Below are positions 50,771 through 64,000 of a stretch of 64,000 bases of DNA, piece after piece (the stretch's first letter is position 1; every line of letters begins with the position of its first letter). The translations under genes were made by a program, and so were the position numbers. The notes below the pieces were generated by a model, which was given only the letters and a program-made list of their open reading frames with translations, did no database searches and was not told the DNA's origin. Origin of the DNA: Lama guanicoe (taxonomy: Eukaryota); assembly GCA_013239625.1 (NCBI GenBank), contig MU053513.1, forward strand, positions 516,370-580,369, read 5' to 3'.

Positions 50771-52743
50771 TAGGCGAAATGGTGTGCCTGGCGGGGAACG
50801 GTTGTAATTGTAAGGTACTATTTGATAATTTTACCGAAGAAGGACATGATTCAAAGAAGATAAATAAGCCCCCTGCAACTGGGAAGACACAAAAGGAGAA
50901 TCTACTCAGAGTTTTGACTTCTAGTTTTGATTCCCAGTCTTTGACTGCCAGTCTAGCTGGATATGGTGGTGTTTTATGAGCTGAGTTAAATCTTTACAGG
51001 AGGCTCTGGGAAGCACAAAGAGAAAAAGGTCAAATCTACTGGACGGAGCACAGACATTTTCAGGAAAGACTTCTTCAGGGAGATGGCACTTGTGCTGGGA
51101 CTTAAATTTGAGATTCTCAGCAGTCAAGGTGAGACAGTCTCAGTCCCTGGGTCCAAATCCAATTTCTATGATTTTCATAACTGACCTTTTCTAAGTCCTG
51201 AGATTTCATGAAATGGTCAGCTTACCATATGGTCCACTTCTTCTCAAGTCAACACTTCCACTGCCCATTCAATGGGATTGTCTTAGTCATATTGGAGCCA
51301 CCTACTTCAGATTGATTTGCAAAACAAATCAGGTCTCTACTTTAGTGCCTAGCAGCTCTCTCTCACTGCACTCTGAGGAAGGTGTTGGGAAAGCTGTGAA
51401 ACAGTGAGAAGAATCCGGAAGCAGTATGATGAGAGATCATCGCTCCTAAGAACCTCACTTATGACCATCATAGCAAAGGTCCCTGTATGTAAAAACCCAA
51501 TTTCTGTCTCTAGGAATTGATTTTCCTCCTTCAGGCAATAATATCTTTGGCAATTTCCCAAAGAGCTTTCTAAACATTTCATAGTTTCTGTTGGAAAAAA
51601 AAAAAAGGATCCTCCCTAATACAGATAATAGAGTTAACAATAAGCTGTTCTGGGAACGGTCCCTGGTTACGTAACATTTAATAAATTCCTGAGTATGAAT
51701 ACTTGTGTGGCTTACTTTTCTCTCAGTACAACAGAAGTACAGATCTTTGCCTATGATTATTTTTCACTTTTTTTTTCAGTTTGATAGGATTTCGCCCATT
51801 GAATTATTTAATTAACACATCCATTTCCTCAGATACTTACTTTTTTTTTTTTTCTTTTTTGGTGAGAAAATTTAAGCTCTACCCTCAACAAGTAGTCTGT
51901 AGAAAGCCATGTTATACATTAGATCCTCATTTTGAATTTGTTAATGCAGGCTATGAGGATGAATGTAGACATTCAAGAAGTCTAAATTTAATGCAAGCAG
52001 AAGAACATAAGATTGAAAGTAAAGTTGTATTGTGATCAAAAGATTCATACTCTGCAATCAGACTGCAAATACATTACAGACTCACGTTGATTCAACTTTC
52101 ACGTCTACTTTAGTCCCTGGGTATAATTGTTAGGGGGCCTCTGACTCCCCAATGTCCACATACTTCACTCCCTTAAACACAGAAGTTTTACAAACTCCCA
52201 ACACAATATAGCTCCCTCTACTGTCATTAAATCACAACACCACAATGTAAATAGAAGAAAAAAAAAAAAGACAGACTTTCCTAAATAAGATCTTTAAAAC
52301 ACTAGTTTCAGAAACACAAAATAGAAAATTATATCTCCCCACAACAACAAACCACACATAAACTCAAAGCTGCATGAAAGTGTAGTAGTAAAAAATGACA
52401 GAAACTATAATGGTTTGGACCATAAAATATCCTTGTTTCGTGTTTCATATTTCTTTGAGATAACCTGCAAACTTCACTGGTAATATGCCTGTAAAAACCG
52501 GAAGTGAGTTACTGAAATTTATTTTACTGGATATAACTTAAAAAATCACTGCCAAAGGAATTCTTGTATTCCTCACAAACAATTCTGCAGAGTCACAGAA
52601 ATGGGTGAACATTAATTGCAAGCCCTAGTTATGTAGGGAAGCCAAGGCTCCATCCCATAAAGCCTTTGATAAATCTCCTGGCTGAAATTACACTCTTCCA
52701 CCCGAGTTATTCTGTGCTTTCACTTAGCACAACGGAGCAGACG

Positions 52744-53194
52744 TTGTGTGCGCCCCACCCGAGTCCCCTTTGCTGACTGGTGCTCTCAGCCCCCAGTGAG
52801 TGCTGGGGAGGAAGGCTTATACACACAACCCTCCCTGAAGTCCTGCCCTTGACTGACAGAGCCAATTCTTGCTCCCCAACTTCTCCTCCTGGGAGGCTAC
52901 ATCCCCACCCCCGTGGCAGTGCTGACACCTTACTACATGCGGGTGCAAAAGCTACTTCCCCTGGCCACAAGGTGAACAGCTCTACGATGCAGCTTACGGG
53001 ACAGAATACTCCTTGAGCCAAGCCGGTGACAAAATCGATGAGAGACCGCATTCTTGTCAGCTGGTTCCTCTCTCTTATTTTTCTTTCCTCACTCCCCTCC
53101 AGGTTTTTCTTAAAGAAGACTATTTCAATAAATACAGGGACTCAAATCCCTGTTTCAGGTAAGCTCAGCTTCTAGAAAATCCAACCTAAGATAC
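52744..53194 (+). mobile_element. LTR16-family ERVL LTR
   Basis: 'gaagtcctgcccttgactgacagagcc', and 3' end 'tcaataaatacagggactcaaatccctgtttcagg...cttctagaaaatccaacctaagataca'. Confidence 0.7.
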
Positions 53195-54896
53195 AAAATA
53201 TATTTCTTCTTCCTACTTAAACTATTAATAAACGTGATTATTTTATTTTTGGTGCCCAAAGAAAGGGATCATCTCTGATTTATTTTTTGAACATACTTTT
53301 TCATTTATTATTCTAACACCCACTTCTCAACCACTTTAACGTTCCTTCTCTCCTTCCTATTCAGTTTTACACCCAGGGGTGGCCTGGACTGGCAAGAGCT
53401 TTCATTTGTGTTGTATTTATATACCTGAAATGAGCATGTATATTTTTCACTACTTATATCACCTCTTTATTTATCTTTGTTTTTTTTTAACGATTTCCAC
53501 TTCCTTTGATCAGCCCCGTATGTAAAATCGAAGAGAATACTTTATAATTGGCCAAACCATATAGTTAGTATGTATGTGTATGCAAGCTTAAATCTCTTTT
53601 AACCACTTAGGAAATAAGTATATATATCAATCTCGACCTTGATAATTTTATATTAAAAAAAGAAAAAGAAAAAGGTGCTTTGTTTATTGTTTGTTCAAAG
53701 TATTATACATTGTAACTCCTAGAGATTTTTTTTTTGTAATAGAATAACTTTATACAGGCACAAAAGGACAGAAAGACTTTGGTAACACTTTTTATTATAT
53801 TGCTTCAATAATATTACTTTACTAAACTGACTTGTTTCACTGGTTATTTTAGTCATTTGAATTGGTCATTAGATGCTGTTTCAAGTTGCATTATGATTAA
53901 CCTGAGAGAAGGGACTGCCTCTTTTATTGATCAGACCTCTTAGAAGGCTGCTTTTACTTCTGGCACTTAGGCAAATTGTTGACATTCAGCAAATGTGTAT
54001 TTCACGTAAATTTGTTGCATGTTGCTAAGTTTGCCTAATTCTAAAGAGTAGTCAGTGATTACGTCGACCGAGAAAAGGTTGTTCTTCACATCTCATCCAT
54101 CAAAGTGAAAAAATAAAAGTACATTTGAGGGAAAATTTTGTTTCCAGCCAGTCTATGATGGAGGTCTTTTCCCATTCAGAACGAAAGGAGTAAAAAAAAA
54201 ATACATAAAGGAAACCAAAAGCAAAGAATTTTAATAGCAATGACAAGTTTGTTTTCAAAAAAATTTTAGACATTTTGATTGAAGCTGGATATTTTGAAAA
54301 GCGATCAAAAACATTATGTGACCACCACATAGTTAAAAAAAAGAATAGAAAATTACACTAGTTGATGATTGTAATTGTACAACTGCATCTTTTAATCTAT
54401 CAAAATATTTTCTTTAATTTTCTTTTTTAGTTTTCATCCCAACTTTTCATAAGTTTACTAAGCTTTATATTGAACAAAGACTATGCACTTTTTCCCCCAA
54501 TCTTTATCTAGGGTTATTGACCTATTATCAGATAAGAAACACACACACAATCCAACAACACTCTTTTATAGACCTTGGCCTCTATTAAACAAGAGCATAA
54601 AAAAGGTATCAGTATAAATTCAAAGCACCAATATGATTTCTCCCACAAAAATGGACAAAAACTCCTCAGGAACCAATATTTTGTAGAACAGGAAAATACC
54701 TATAAATGTGCTTTGTCCCTCTTTCACCACTACTTAAAATCTTTTGATTTACCTATTAATATTCTGAATTACATAGTATATCCATTCAGAATGCAAATCA
54801 TCAGTTTCCATTGATTGTATATACTTAATTACATACTCTGGTGAATAAAGGAGTAAGTTAATAAATGCATTACCAAAGAAAAAAGAATAGTGATTT

Positions 54897-55041
54897 AAAA
54901 AATGTTTGTTGGTTTTGTTTGTTTGTTTGGTGGGGAGGTAATTAGATTTATTTATCTATTTCAGTGGCTGTACTGGGGATTGAACCGAGGACTTTGTGCA
55001 TGCTAGGCATGTGCTCTACCACTAAGCTATACCCTTCCTTC
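54897..55041 (-). mobile_element. tRNA-derived SINE, camelid Vic-1-like
   Basis: Antisense head 'gtactggggattgaaccgaggactttgtgcatgctaggcatgtgctctaccactaagctatacccttcc'; 14-bp TSD aagaatagt[g/a]attt at 54883-54896 and 55042-55055. Confidence 0.9.
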
Positions 55042-55194
55042 AAGAATAGTAATTTTAATGAAATTAATATTTTAGGTTAGCTTTACAAACACTACTAAAC
55101 TAGCAGATAGTCATAGAAGACTTCATAATTTTTGCAAGCATGTGTAATGTGTTTTAGACATTTAGCATCTCATAATATATAATTTTAAAAATCC

Positions 55195-58040
55195 AGTTTC
55201 CAGTTCCACATTAAGGAGCTTGGAAGTCCCCGCTATATCCTAACAATAAGAGAAAAGCTGAAAAATCAACAACTCTTTTAAGATCCATAAGTGAGAGAGG
55301 GGAAGACACAAGGAAAACTGCTGCTCCCAAAACTGGAGAAATAGACAAATACAGGGAGTTGCAGAGACTTAAGAACAGAAGCTGCGTGCTTCTGGTGCGT
55401 GCTGGTGCGTGCCTCAGTAGTAAAACCTGAAATGTAATTGACAAATTGTTGGCGGCTCAGTGCAAAAGAACTCTGAGAGTTAAAAACCCCAGAGATAACT
55501 CATTCATGGTGAGGGTGGGGGGCTACAACACCCTGAGATTTATCTCCAGCAGCTTGGCCTTGTTCCCACAGTACATATAGGAGAAAAAAAAACCCTGAAG
55601 CTTTAGGCAGAGGAACCATTTTGAAATATACAATTTTGACACAGTTGAAACACACAAATACACTTCTGTTCTTCTTAACAAAGCCTGCCCTCAAAAGAAA
55701 CTGGTCAACCAGAGCCTAACCTGCTGGGTGTTATCAGAACCTAACAGAACTGGGGAAGTAAAATGCCCTCTCCAGCTGGCTCTAGCAATCCTGTTTCATC
55801 AAAGAGGAGAAAAAACTAAGAAACACTTGTGACGTTCACAATCCAGAGATGTAAACTCACTGAAAGCCTGAGACCTAAGCATGTGACTATGAAATGCTTC
55901 CTCCACCTTCACCACCATGTTACTGAAGGCCTATTTATAGCATCCTTTTATCCAGCACACCATGTACGGCTATCAAAAAATTGCAAGGCATATCAAAGGT
56001 AAAACGATGTGATTTGAAGAGGCAGAGAAAACATCAGAACCACAGAGAGAAAGATGTTGGAATTATTAGACCAAGAATTTAAAACAACTATGATTAATAT
56101 GCCAAGGGTGTTGACAAAGTGGACAGCATGCAAGATTATATAAGCAATGTAAGCAGAGAGACCAGAATCCTAAGAAAGGACCAAACAGAGATGCTAGAAA
56201 TAAAAATATAGACGTGAACAATGCCTTTGGTGGGCTTAATAGTAGACTGGAAGTAGCTGAGGACAGAGTCTCTGAGCCAGAGGGTGTGTCGAACAGAATT
56301 CTCAGAAACCAAGAGCAAAGAAAACAAAGACATAAATAAATAAAAAGAACAGAACATCCAAAGACTGTGAAACAACTAAAAGGTGTAATTGGAATACCAG
56401 AAGCAGAATAAAGAGAGAAAGAAACAGAAGAAATATTTGAACCAAACCACACCCAGAAGGTCAGAGTGTGTCAAGCCAAAACAAACAGACAAAAACCTAG
56501 GTATATCATTTCAAATTACAGAAAATCAAAAATAAAGGAAAAAAAAAACCCGAAAGAAGAGGGAAAAAAAGAAAAAAAAAACGATGTATAGAGGAACAAA
56601 GAAAAGAATTACATCTGACTTTTCCTCAGAAACCTTGCAAGCAAGAAGACAGTGGAATAAAATATATCTCAAAATGAGAGAAAAAAGCCACCAACGTAGA
56701 ATTCTGCACCCTGAAAAGTTCTTCTTTAAAGTTGAAGGAAAAATAGAGACTTTCTCATACAAATAAAAATTGAGGGCATTTGTTGCTGGTTCATCAGTCT
56801 TTCAAGAAATGTTAAAAGATGTTTTTCAGAAAGAAGAAAGATAGTATAGGTCAGAATCTCAGACCTACATATGGAAATTAAGAGCACTGAAGATTGAATA
56901 AATGAAAGTAAATTAAAGACTTTTCTTTGATTCTTACTTGATCTAACAGGTAACAGCTTGTTCAAAATAATAGCAACAACGTACATAAAGGAAATTAAAA
57001 AGTACTCTTAAAATTTAACAATAAGAAAGAAAACAACCTGATCAAAAAATGGGCAAAAGACCTTAATAGACACCTCACCAAAGGAAATACACAGATGCCA
57101 ATTAAGCTTATGAGAAGATGCTCACATAATTTGTCGTCTGGGAAATACACATTAAAACAATGAGATACCACTACACACCTGTTAAAATGACCAAAATCCA
57201 GAGCACTGACATCACCAGATGCCGGTGAGAACGTGGAGCAACAGGAACTCTCAGACATTGCTGGTGAGAATACACATGGCAGTCACTATGGAAGACAGTT
57301 TGGTAGTTTCTTATAAAGGTAAACATACTCTGACTATATGAGCCAACAACTGTATCCCTTGATATTTGTTCAAAGGAGTTGAAACTCAGGTCTACACAAA
57401 AACCTGCTGATGGAAGTTTATAGCAGCTTTATTCATAATTGTCAAAATTTGGAATCAACCAAGATGCTCTTCAGTAAGCGAAGGGATAAAATGCTGTACA
57501 TGCAGAAAAGGGGATATTATTCACTGCTACAAAGAGCCAACAATACATGAAAAGAAGTGGAGGAAACTTAAATGCATGTTACTAAGTGAAAGAAGCCAAC
57601 CTGAGAAGGCTACATACAATATGATTGCAACTATATAATATCCTGGAAAAAGCAAAACTGTGGAGACAAATAAAGATCAGTGGTTGCCACAGGGACTAGG
57701 GGTTTGGGGAATATGAATAAGCAAAGTACAGAGGGTTTTAGTACAGTGAAAATATTCTGTATGATATTATAATGATGGATATATATTCTAAATTTATCCA
57801 AACTCTAGAATGTAAATCACCAACATTGAATCCTAAGTTAAACAATAGACTTTGGGTGATTACAATGTGTCAATAAATGCTCAGCCTTGTTAAAAATATA
57901 CCAGTCTGGTGAATGATGTTGATAATAGGGGAAGTTATGCATGTGTGTGGATGGAATGTATATGGAAAGTCTCTTTACCTTCCTATCAGTTCTGCTGCAA
58001 ACCTAAAACTAGTTTAAAAAAATAAAGTATTCAGAAAAAT
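55195..58040 (+). mobile_element. L1MC1/2-like LINE-1: 5' UTR, decayed ORF1, large internal deletion, ORF2 tail and 3' UTR
   Basis: ORF 56584-56766 'RITSDFSSETLQARRQW...RILHPEKFFFKVEGKIETF' is the ORF1p C-terminal region; the ORF2 tail starts near 56995 ('aaaaatgggcaaaagaccttaatagacacctcacc'); L1MC-type end 'aacctaaaactagtttaaaaaaataaagt'. Confidence 0.88.
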
Positions 58041-59289
58041 TAATCAGCCTTTTTCTTTTTCCTTTGACTTATTCGCATTTCATCAACTGTAACCATTGGC
58101 CATTACATGAAAGCTGAATCTGTGAATTAGATGGCATTCTGGTATTTTACAATATTATTGAAATAATTATTTATCATGTTTATCTTTGAAAATATTTATG
58201 CTATCTTATATCTATCCATGAAAATATTTTCAAGTTAAACTCAAAATTCTTAATGTGATATCTCAAATCCCAATACTTAGTCAAAATGATGACATTCAAA
58301 ATTTATTTTCTTTTTATAAAAAATGTTTTAACCTTATTTGAAATAGATTTTAGGAAACATTCCATTTTATATAAAAGTATATATTTTATGTTTTTAAAAA
58401 GAAAACCAGTAAATATTTATATTGTTATATATGTGTGTGTATTTATATATAGATATATTATATATATCTGATTTTATCTTAACTTTTTAATATAAAATTT
58501 ATATCTGATTTAACTAATGTTCTAAAATAGTTCATAGTTTGAGACATTAACACAAAATTACTAAGTGGGCTATTTTTTTAAATGGTATCTATATGTCAAA
58601 CTATAACTGCTAATTTAAAACTTTGCTCAAAAATAATTTATTAATGGATATTCTAGATAATGACATAAGATATAAATGTAAATTACATCATCTGCATATT
58701 AATAATAGTATAATTACTAGCCTTGAACAAGTGCAGTAAGACTATAAAGGTCTATATTGTAGAAGTTAGTCTCAAACTATTGTTATAATTATTTGAAGAC
58801 AACTAGAACAAGTTCCTCAAAGATGAGTATGCATATGCCACTAAGAAATTCATTAATAAAATAAAGTAATTTCTTCCTTAAAATATAGAATAGAAAATTT
58901 TAAAGGCTCAAGATGGACTTGTTGAATGCAATTCAATTGGTTAGAGATAACTGACTTAGTATATTTACATCAAAATTGAACAAATTACTGAATTGATGAA
59001 AGATTCATACTTTTTAATAAAATTGTGTCTTAAAACTGACATGGGAAGCTAGATTCTTAGTTTTGAGGTACAGGTCAGAGGACACTTGCTGTTTACTTTA
59101 AATGTTTTGAATAAATTATTTTTAAGCCTTGTTTATTAATTACTTTGAGAAATAATTTTTAAAAATTTATCAGACCCACCTCAAAATCGAAATTCACTAT
59201 ACATATATTTAGTATGCATACACACATACATGTATACGTGTTTGTATTTATCCACCATCTGTCTAATTCATCTATCAAGAGAGAGTATT

Positions 59290-59410
59290 ATATAGTGTAT
59301 TGCTAGCTAAGAAAAGTTCAAAACTCAAAGTATGGTTTCTACTGAATGCATATCATTTTCACATCATCATGAAGTTGAAAAATCATAAGTTAAACCATGA
59401 TAAGTTGGGT
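59290..59410 (+). mobile_element. Tigger5/MER47-like terminal fragment
   Basis: 'aaagtatggtttctactgaatgcatatcattttcacatcatcatgaagttgaaaaatcataagttaaaccatgataagttggg'. Confidence 0.7.
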
Positions 59411-60079
59411 TTTGTAAATGAAGATGAAATAAAGGGAATTTAAATAGAAAAAGAAGTAAAATGTGAGACAGAATTTTATGTTGAAAAAGGTAAGAAGTCT
59501 GCTGTGGTTAGAGTGTAGATTGCTCAAAGAAAAAGGGATAATAGGAAACAAAGTTGCCTCCAAGAGATAAACAGAGAAAAAAAGAATGCATGGTACATAA
59601 AGTATGAATGCTGGAAAAATATATCTGTGTGCTTGTGTGCATCTGAATAGTTTTAATATATATTGTGACAGAGAAAATGCTGTATTTGTGATGACAAGTT
59701 TATTATGTACAGAACCACCTCATATTCCAACCTCCCTGCAAGTAGGCTGAGAACACGTGACTGAGTCTGCAGGTGGAACTGTTACCTATGCAGTCCTGGT
59801 CTGTAGAAACAGTCTTTCCTAAATTCTCCAGTTTGCTCTTCCCCTGCCAATGTGACCTTGGAGGCCAACGACGACAGAGCTTCACCTCTCCAACCTGTAA
59901 CATAATAGGCCAAAACAAAAGCAAAAACAAAACAAAATAGAAAACTTTTTTTTTTATGGAAAGCCACAGCGTGTTTATGTTTTCTCATTACACACACACA
60001 CACAGACACACACTCCTTACTAATGAAAAAGATACAGAATTGTGTTGGTTAATATGCTATTAAGAATCCATAAATTTTA

Positions 60080-61535
60080 ACAAGACAAAGGTGTTTCACC
60101 ACTGCTGTTCAACATTGTACTGGAAGGTCTAGCTAGGGAAATTTTAAAATAAATAAATACATACATAAATAAATAAGTAGTATCTAAACTGGAAAAGAAG
60201 TCAGACTATCTCTGCGCACAGATGGCGTGGTCTAGAAAGGTGAGAAAATCCTGAAGAATTCACAGGAAAGCTACTAGAGCTAATAAATGAATTTAGGAAA
60301 ATTGTGGGGTACACAACGCACACACAAAGATCAGTTGTGTTTCTGTACACCCCAATGAACAACCAAAAGGAAATTACAAAAGCAATTTCACGTTCAGTAG
60401 TATCTAAATGAATAAAATACCTAGGGATAAACTGACTGAGTAAGCGAAAGTCTTGCTCACTGAAAATCACGTAGCGTTGCTTAAATAAATTAAAAAGTAA
60501 CTGTATGAGAAGACATCCCATGCTCATGGATGTGACTTAACATTGCAAAGAAAGATGTCAACAATACCCAAAGCCAACTATAGACTCAATGCAATTCCCG
60601 TTAAAATTTCAACAGCCTTTTTTTTTTTTCTTCAGAAACAGAAAAGCTTAACCTCAAATTCACACAGATTTGTGTGGGGCCCCAAATAGCCAAAATAATC
60701 TTGAAAGAGAAAAAGTTGAAGGACTTACGCGTCTTGATGTTAAGCATTACAACAAAACTACAGGAATCAAAACGGGGTGGTATTGGCGTAAGAATAGACA
60801 TACATACAGATTAATGGAATTGAATTGAGAGTCCAGAAAAAGAAAAATACACATGAATCAATGGATTTTTGATACGGGGGTCAAGCCCATTTGCAAAAGT
60901 ATGAGGATGGAGCCCTACCTCAAATCACTTATAAAAACTAATGTAAAATGAGCCAACAATCTAAACATATGAGCTGAAATTATAAAGCTCTTGGAAGAAA
61001 AATGGGTTAAATCTTCATGACCTTAGATTTGGCAATGGATTCTTAGATATGACATCAAGTGCATGAGCAACAAAAGAAAAAAGATAAATTAGGCTTTACC
61101 AAAACTAAAACCTTTTTTACATCAGAAAATGTTACCAAGAAAGTGAAATCTAAAAAAAGGGAGAAACTATTTATAAATCATATACCTGATAAGAGTTTAA
61201 ATCCAGAGTACATGAGGAAATCCTACAACCCATCATTAAAGAATAATAAATAATTCAATTTAAAGATGATCAAAGGAAGTGAAAAGATATTTCTCCAAAG
61301 AAGTCATAAAAATAGTTATTAAGCATATGAAGAGACGGCCAGCATCGTTAGTCATTAATGAAATGCAAATCAAAATCATAATGAGTTATCACTTTATATC
61401 TACTAGAAAGGTTCTAACCAAAAAAGTCAGAAAATAACAAGTGTTGGTAAACATGTGGATAAATCAGGACACTTATACAATGCTTGCTGGACTATAAAAT
61501 GATGTGGTCTCTATGGAAACAGTTTAGTGATTCCC
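60080..61535 (+). mobile_element. Decayed LINE-1 ORF2 (reverse transcriptase to C-terminal region)
   Basis: 'tcaccactgctgttcaacattgtactggaaggtctagctagg' encodes SPLLFNIVLEGLAR; 'aagctactagagctaataaatgaattt' encodes KLLELINEF; many frameshifts and stops. Confidence 0.9.
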
Positions 61536-61540
61536 AAAAG

Positions 61541-61904
61541 AAGTCTGAAGGCCTGAGCACCAGGAGAAGTGATGGTGTAAGTACAAGAAAGCTGGCAGGC
61601 TCTATAACCAAGAAGAGTAGATGTTTCAGTTTGAGTCTCAAGGTCAGAAAAAACCAATGTCACTGCTTAGAGCATCTGCACAAAAGACATGGCCTCTTCC
61701 TCAGCCTTTTTATTCTCTTCAGTTCTTTAATGAGCTGGATAAGTCACCCCACCACTACTGAGGGCAATCTGCTTTACTCAATCTACCGGTCAAATGTTAC
61801 TCTCGTTCAGAAACACCCTCACAGAACCACCCAGAATAATGTTTGATCAAATTTCTGGACACCCCTTTGCCTAGTCAAGTTGACACATAAAATTAACCAT
61901 CATG
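61541..61904 (-). mobile_element. MLT2B/C-like ERVL LTR fragment
   Basis: Ends 'gcctagtcaagttgacacataaaattaaccatca', the reverse complement of the MLT2 start; internal 'gagggcaatctgctttactcaatctac'. Confidence 0.85.
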
Positions 61905-62719
61905 ATAACATAAAGGGTTCATTTTTTAAAGTATTAAACAAGACCCAGAGGAGTTCACTGGGGTTATAGGACATAATATTAGTGGCTTGTACCAGATTCT
62001 AATGCACCTCTGTCACACTACTGTTACGGAAAAGACTTTGTAAACAACTTTAAGATGGGAGAAAAAAGATTTAGCTTGAGTGCTAGCCTGAGACTGTCCT
62101 TGTCTTTCTCACATTTTTTTTCCTCTGGGATTGCTTCCTGTGCCTCAGTTTCCTGTGTCAGATAAAGCAGTTTGGGATTGAAAATCATTTAGTTGATGGC
62201 CCACCAATGTTTTTATACTTATCCAAATAATGTTCACTTATATGTGGGTCCCTATATTATGACCAGAAGACATGAAATGGGTACAGTTCAGTCCTTCAAA
62301 GCATGACATCATATTTCCATCTGTGACTCCATGGTCTAAATACAAGAGACTGTGTTGGATTTTGTGCATATGTGGAAGGAAAAATATATCATCTAATAGA
62401 TCTTTATTTCAGTATATTGCCCATGAATTTGCCCTAAGGGCCTCTCTCTCAGATTTTGCTTTCTAAAATATATATTTTAAACATTACTTGCCTTTAACTT
62501 CATTTTAAGCAATTATAATCTCATCAAAATATACACAGTATTTAAATTTAACAAGATGAAAAATAAATATCATCCAAACTTACATCACATAAACCCCCAA
62601 AAACGTATTATTTGAAATCATTTCTTTTATATCTTCTCACTCCCAAGATTTGGGGGATTTTTTAATGTAGTTTAATTGTACTATATTTACAACTTAGCAT
62701 CCTGGTTATTGTCAAAAAT

Positions 62720-62870
62720 AACCAACTGCTGACATTTCAAAGTACACGCGTACTCGTATCCCACTCAAGCCCAATTAAATCAGAATCCATAGAGGTTGAG
62801 ATTAGTCATATTTATTTTTTCAAGAGCTCCCTCACTGAGGGTACTGTGTAACCAGGGTTGAGAACCACTG
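62720..62870. mobile_element. MER5A/B-like hAT MITE nested in an old L1 3' fragment
   Basis: 'aattaaatcagaatcc...ttttttcaagagctccc...ccagggttgagaaccactg'. Confidence 0.6.
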
Positions 62871-64000
62871 GTATAATGTATACAATGTATAAGCATTGTT
62901 CATATTATTAAATAGTTTTCATAAAGATTGTTTTAATTGAGTGCTTGCATTACATATAAAAACTTACTCAACATACTCATAATGTTGGATATTTAGATGA
63001 TTTTCAACTATGTTTGTTTACATATGGATAGATCTAAATATAAGGAAAAATCCTGTCTTCCTAGTGATGGATTATTATTACAGGGTGCAGATGTGTTGAC
63101 CTTTTGAGAGGAATTAAATTATAAAATGGACCTGGTACTCTGAGATGACACACCTTTTTCTTTTAGTTCTTTTGGCCATTGATTAACTGACGGTAGCTGG
63201 GGACTATGCAGACAGTTAGAAGAACTTAGCATCGCTGCTGGAATTCGTAATTTTGCTAAGAATCTAAAATCAATTAATTATAGCTTTAAGAAGCCTCTAA
63301 TATAAGCTTTATATTTATTGCTTTGTACATTGTATATATGTATATAGAAGTATATACATAAATAAAAATAAATTTAATTGTGTAAGTTTTTTGGAAGGAG
63401 TCAAAGATTTTTATAACTTTAGTCCTTGAGAATTTTGAAGACTACTAAAGCCACACAATTCATGAAAGAATAATTTATTTTAAGAAATAGAGAAAAAATT
63501 ACATTGTATTTGATTAGGGGGGTTGTGACGAAGAGAGGTATTTTGTCAAAATCCAATTCAGACATCCCTATGGAAAAGTAAGACAGTTGGGATTAGATAG
63601 TATCCACTTATCCAATTTCTGCCTCACTGTGTCTTTTTTATTTGAATTAATCTGGGTAATGAACACCCAAACCAAATTATTGTGGGTTGATTACCCATGA
63701 AAAGTGGGTTAATTGTTTAATAGCCATGGGTACAAGTGGGTATAGGTATTTTAATATACATAAACTTCTAGTTGGCATATTTGATAGTAGCATAAAATAC
63801 ATACACAACGAAATCAACAATACAGCTTCACATTAAAAGTTGATTAATCTTCTTGTTAGCGCAATTTAATTGTCTGTAAAATTGGTTGCTAAATACTGGA
63901 AAAAATAGTCATCTATTATAATTGTTCACATTTTAAAAAAAAACAAGGATAAATGAGTGTTTTCTGAGTCCTAAACAAATAAATCTTAATTCTGAGAAAA

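Noticed and set aside
52497..52506. Perfect ETS motif ACCGGAAGTG
   Set aside because: Single motif in AT-rich DNA with no promoter context
60080..61535. Reverse-transcriptase motifs as a possible domesticated gene
   Set aside because: Multiple frameshifts, stops and deletions, and the catalytic FADD motif is degraded; a dead L1 fragment

Overview
AT-rich, repeat-dense placental mammal DNA, intergenic or deep intronic. I can support no protein-coding gene, structural RNA gene or CpG island. The supplied ORFs are chance ORFs or decayed LINE-1 coding remnants. Two tRNA-derived SINEs with target-site duplications resemble the camelid Vic-1 family, and I see no Alu, B1, Bov-A2/BovB, PRE1 or Can-SINE, so the source is probably a camelid. 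Much of the window is old eutherian transposable elements (L2, MIR, L1M-type, MLT1/MLT2, MER21, LTR16, LTR41-like, MER20, MER45A, MER5, Tigger derivatives) plus younger L1 3' ends and an ERV1-type solo-LTR family. Family names come from recalled consensus sequences, not a database search, and the boundaries of old elements are approximate. The outstanding structure is a very recent complex duplication at 36.7-40.9 kb. A 1,671-bp block is repeated identically, and its 232-bp junction is built from two templated inserts, one copied from upstream and one from downstream. All three joins show microhomology plus a single-base error, and the event lies between two inverted LTRs of one family. Secondary observations are an internally deleted L1MC-type element retaining ORF1, a possible L1 3' transduction, and TE-free islands carrying enhancer-like motifs. 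I found no evidence of a new gene system.
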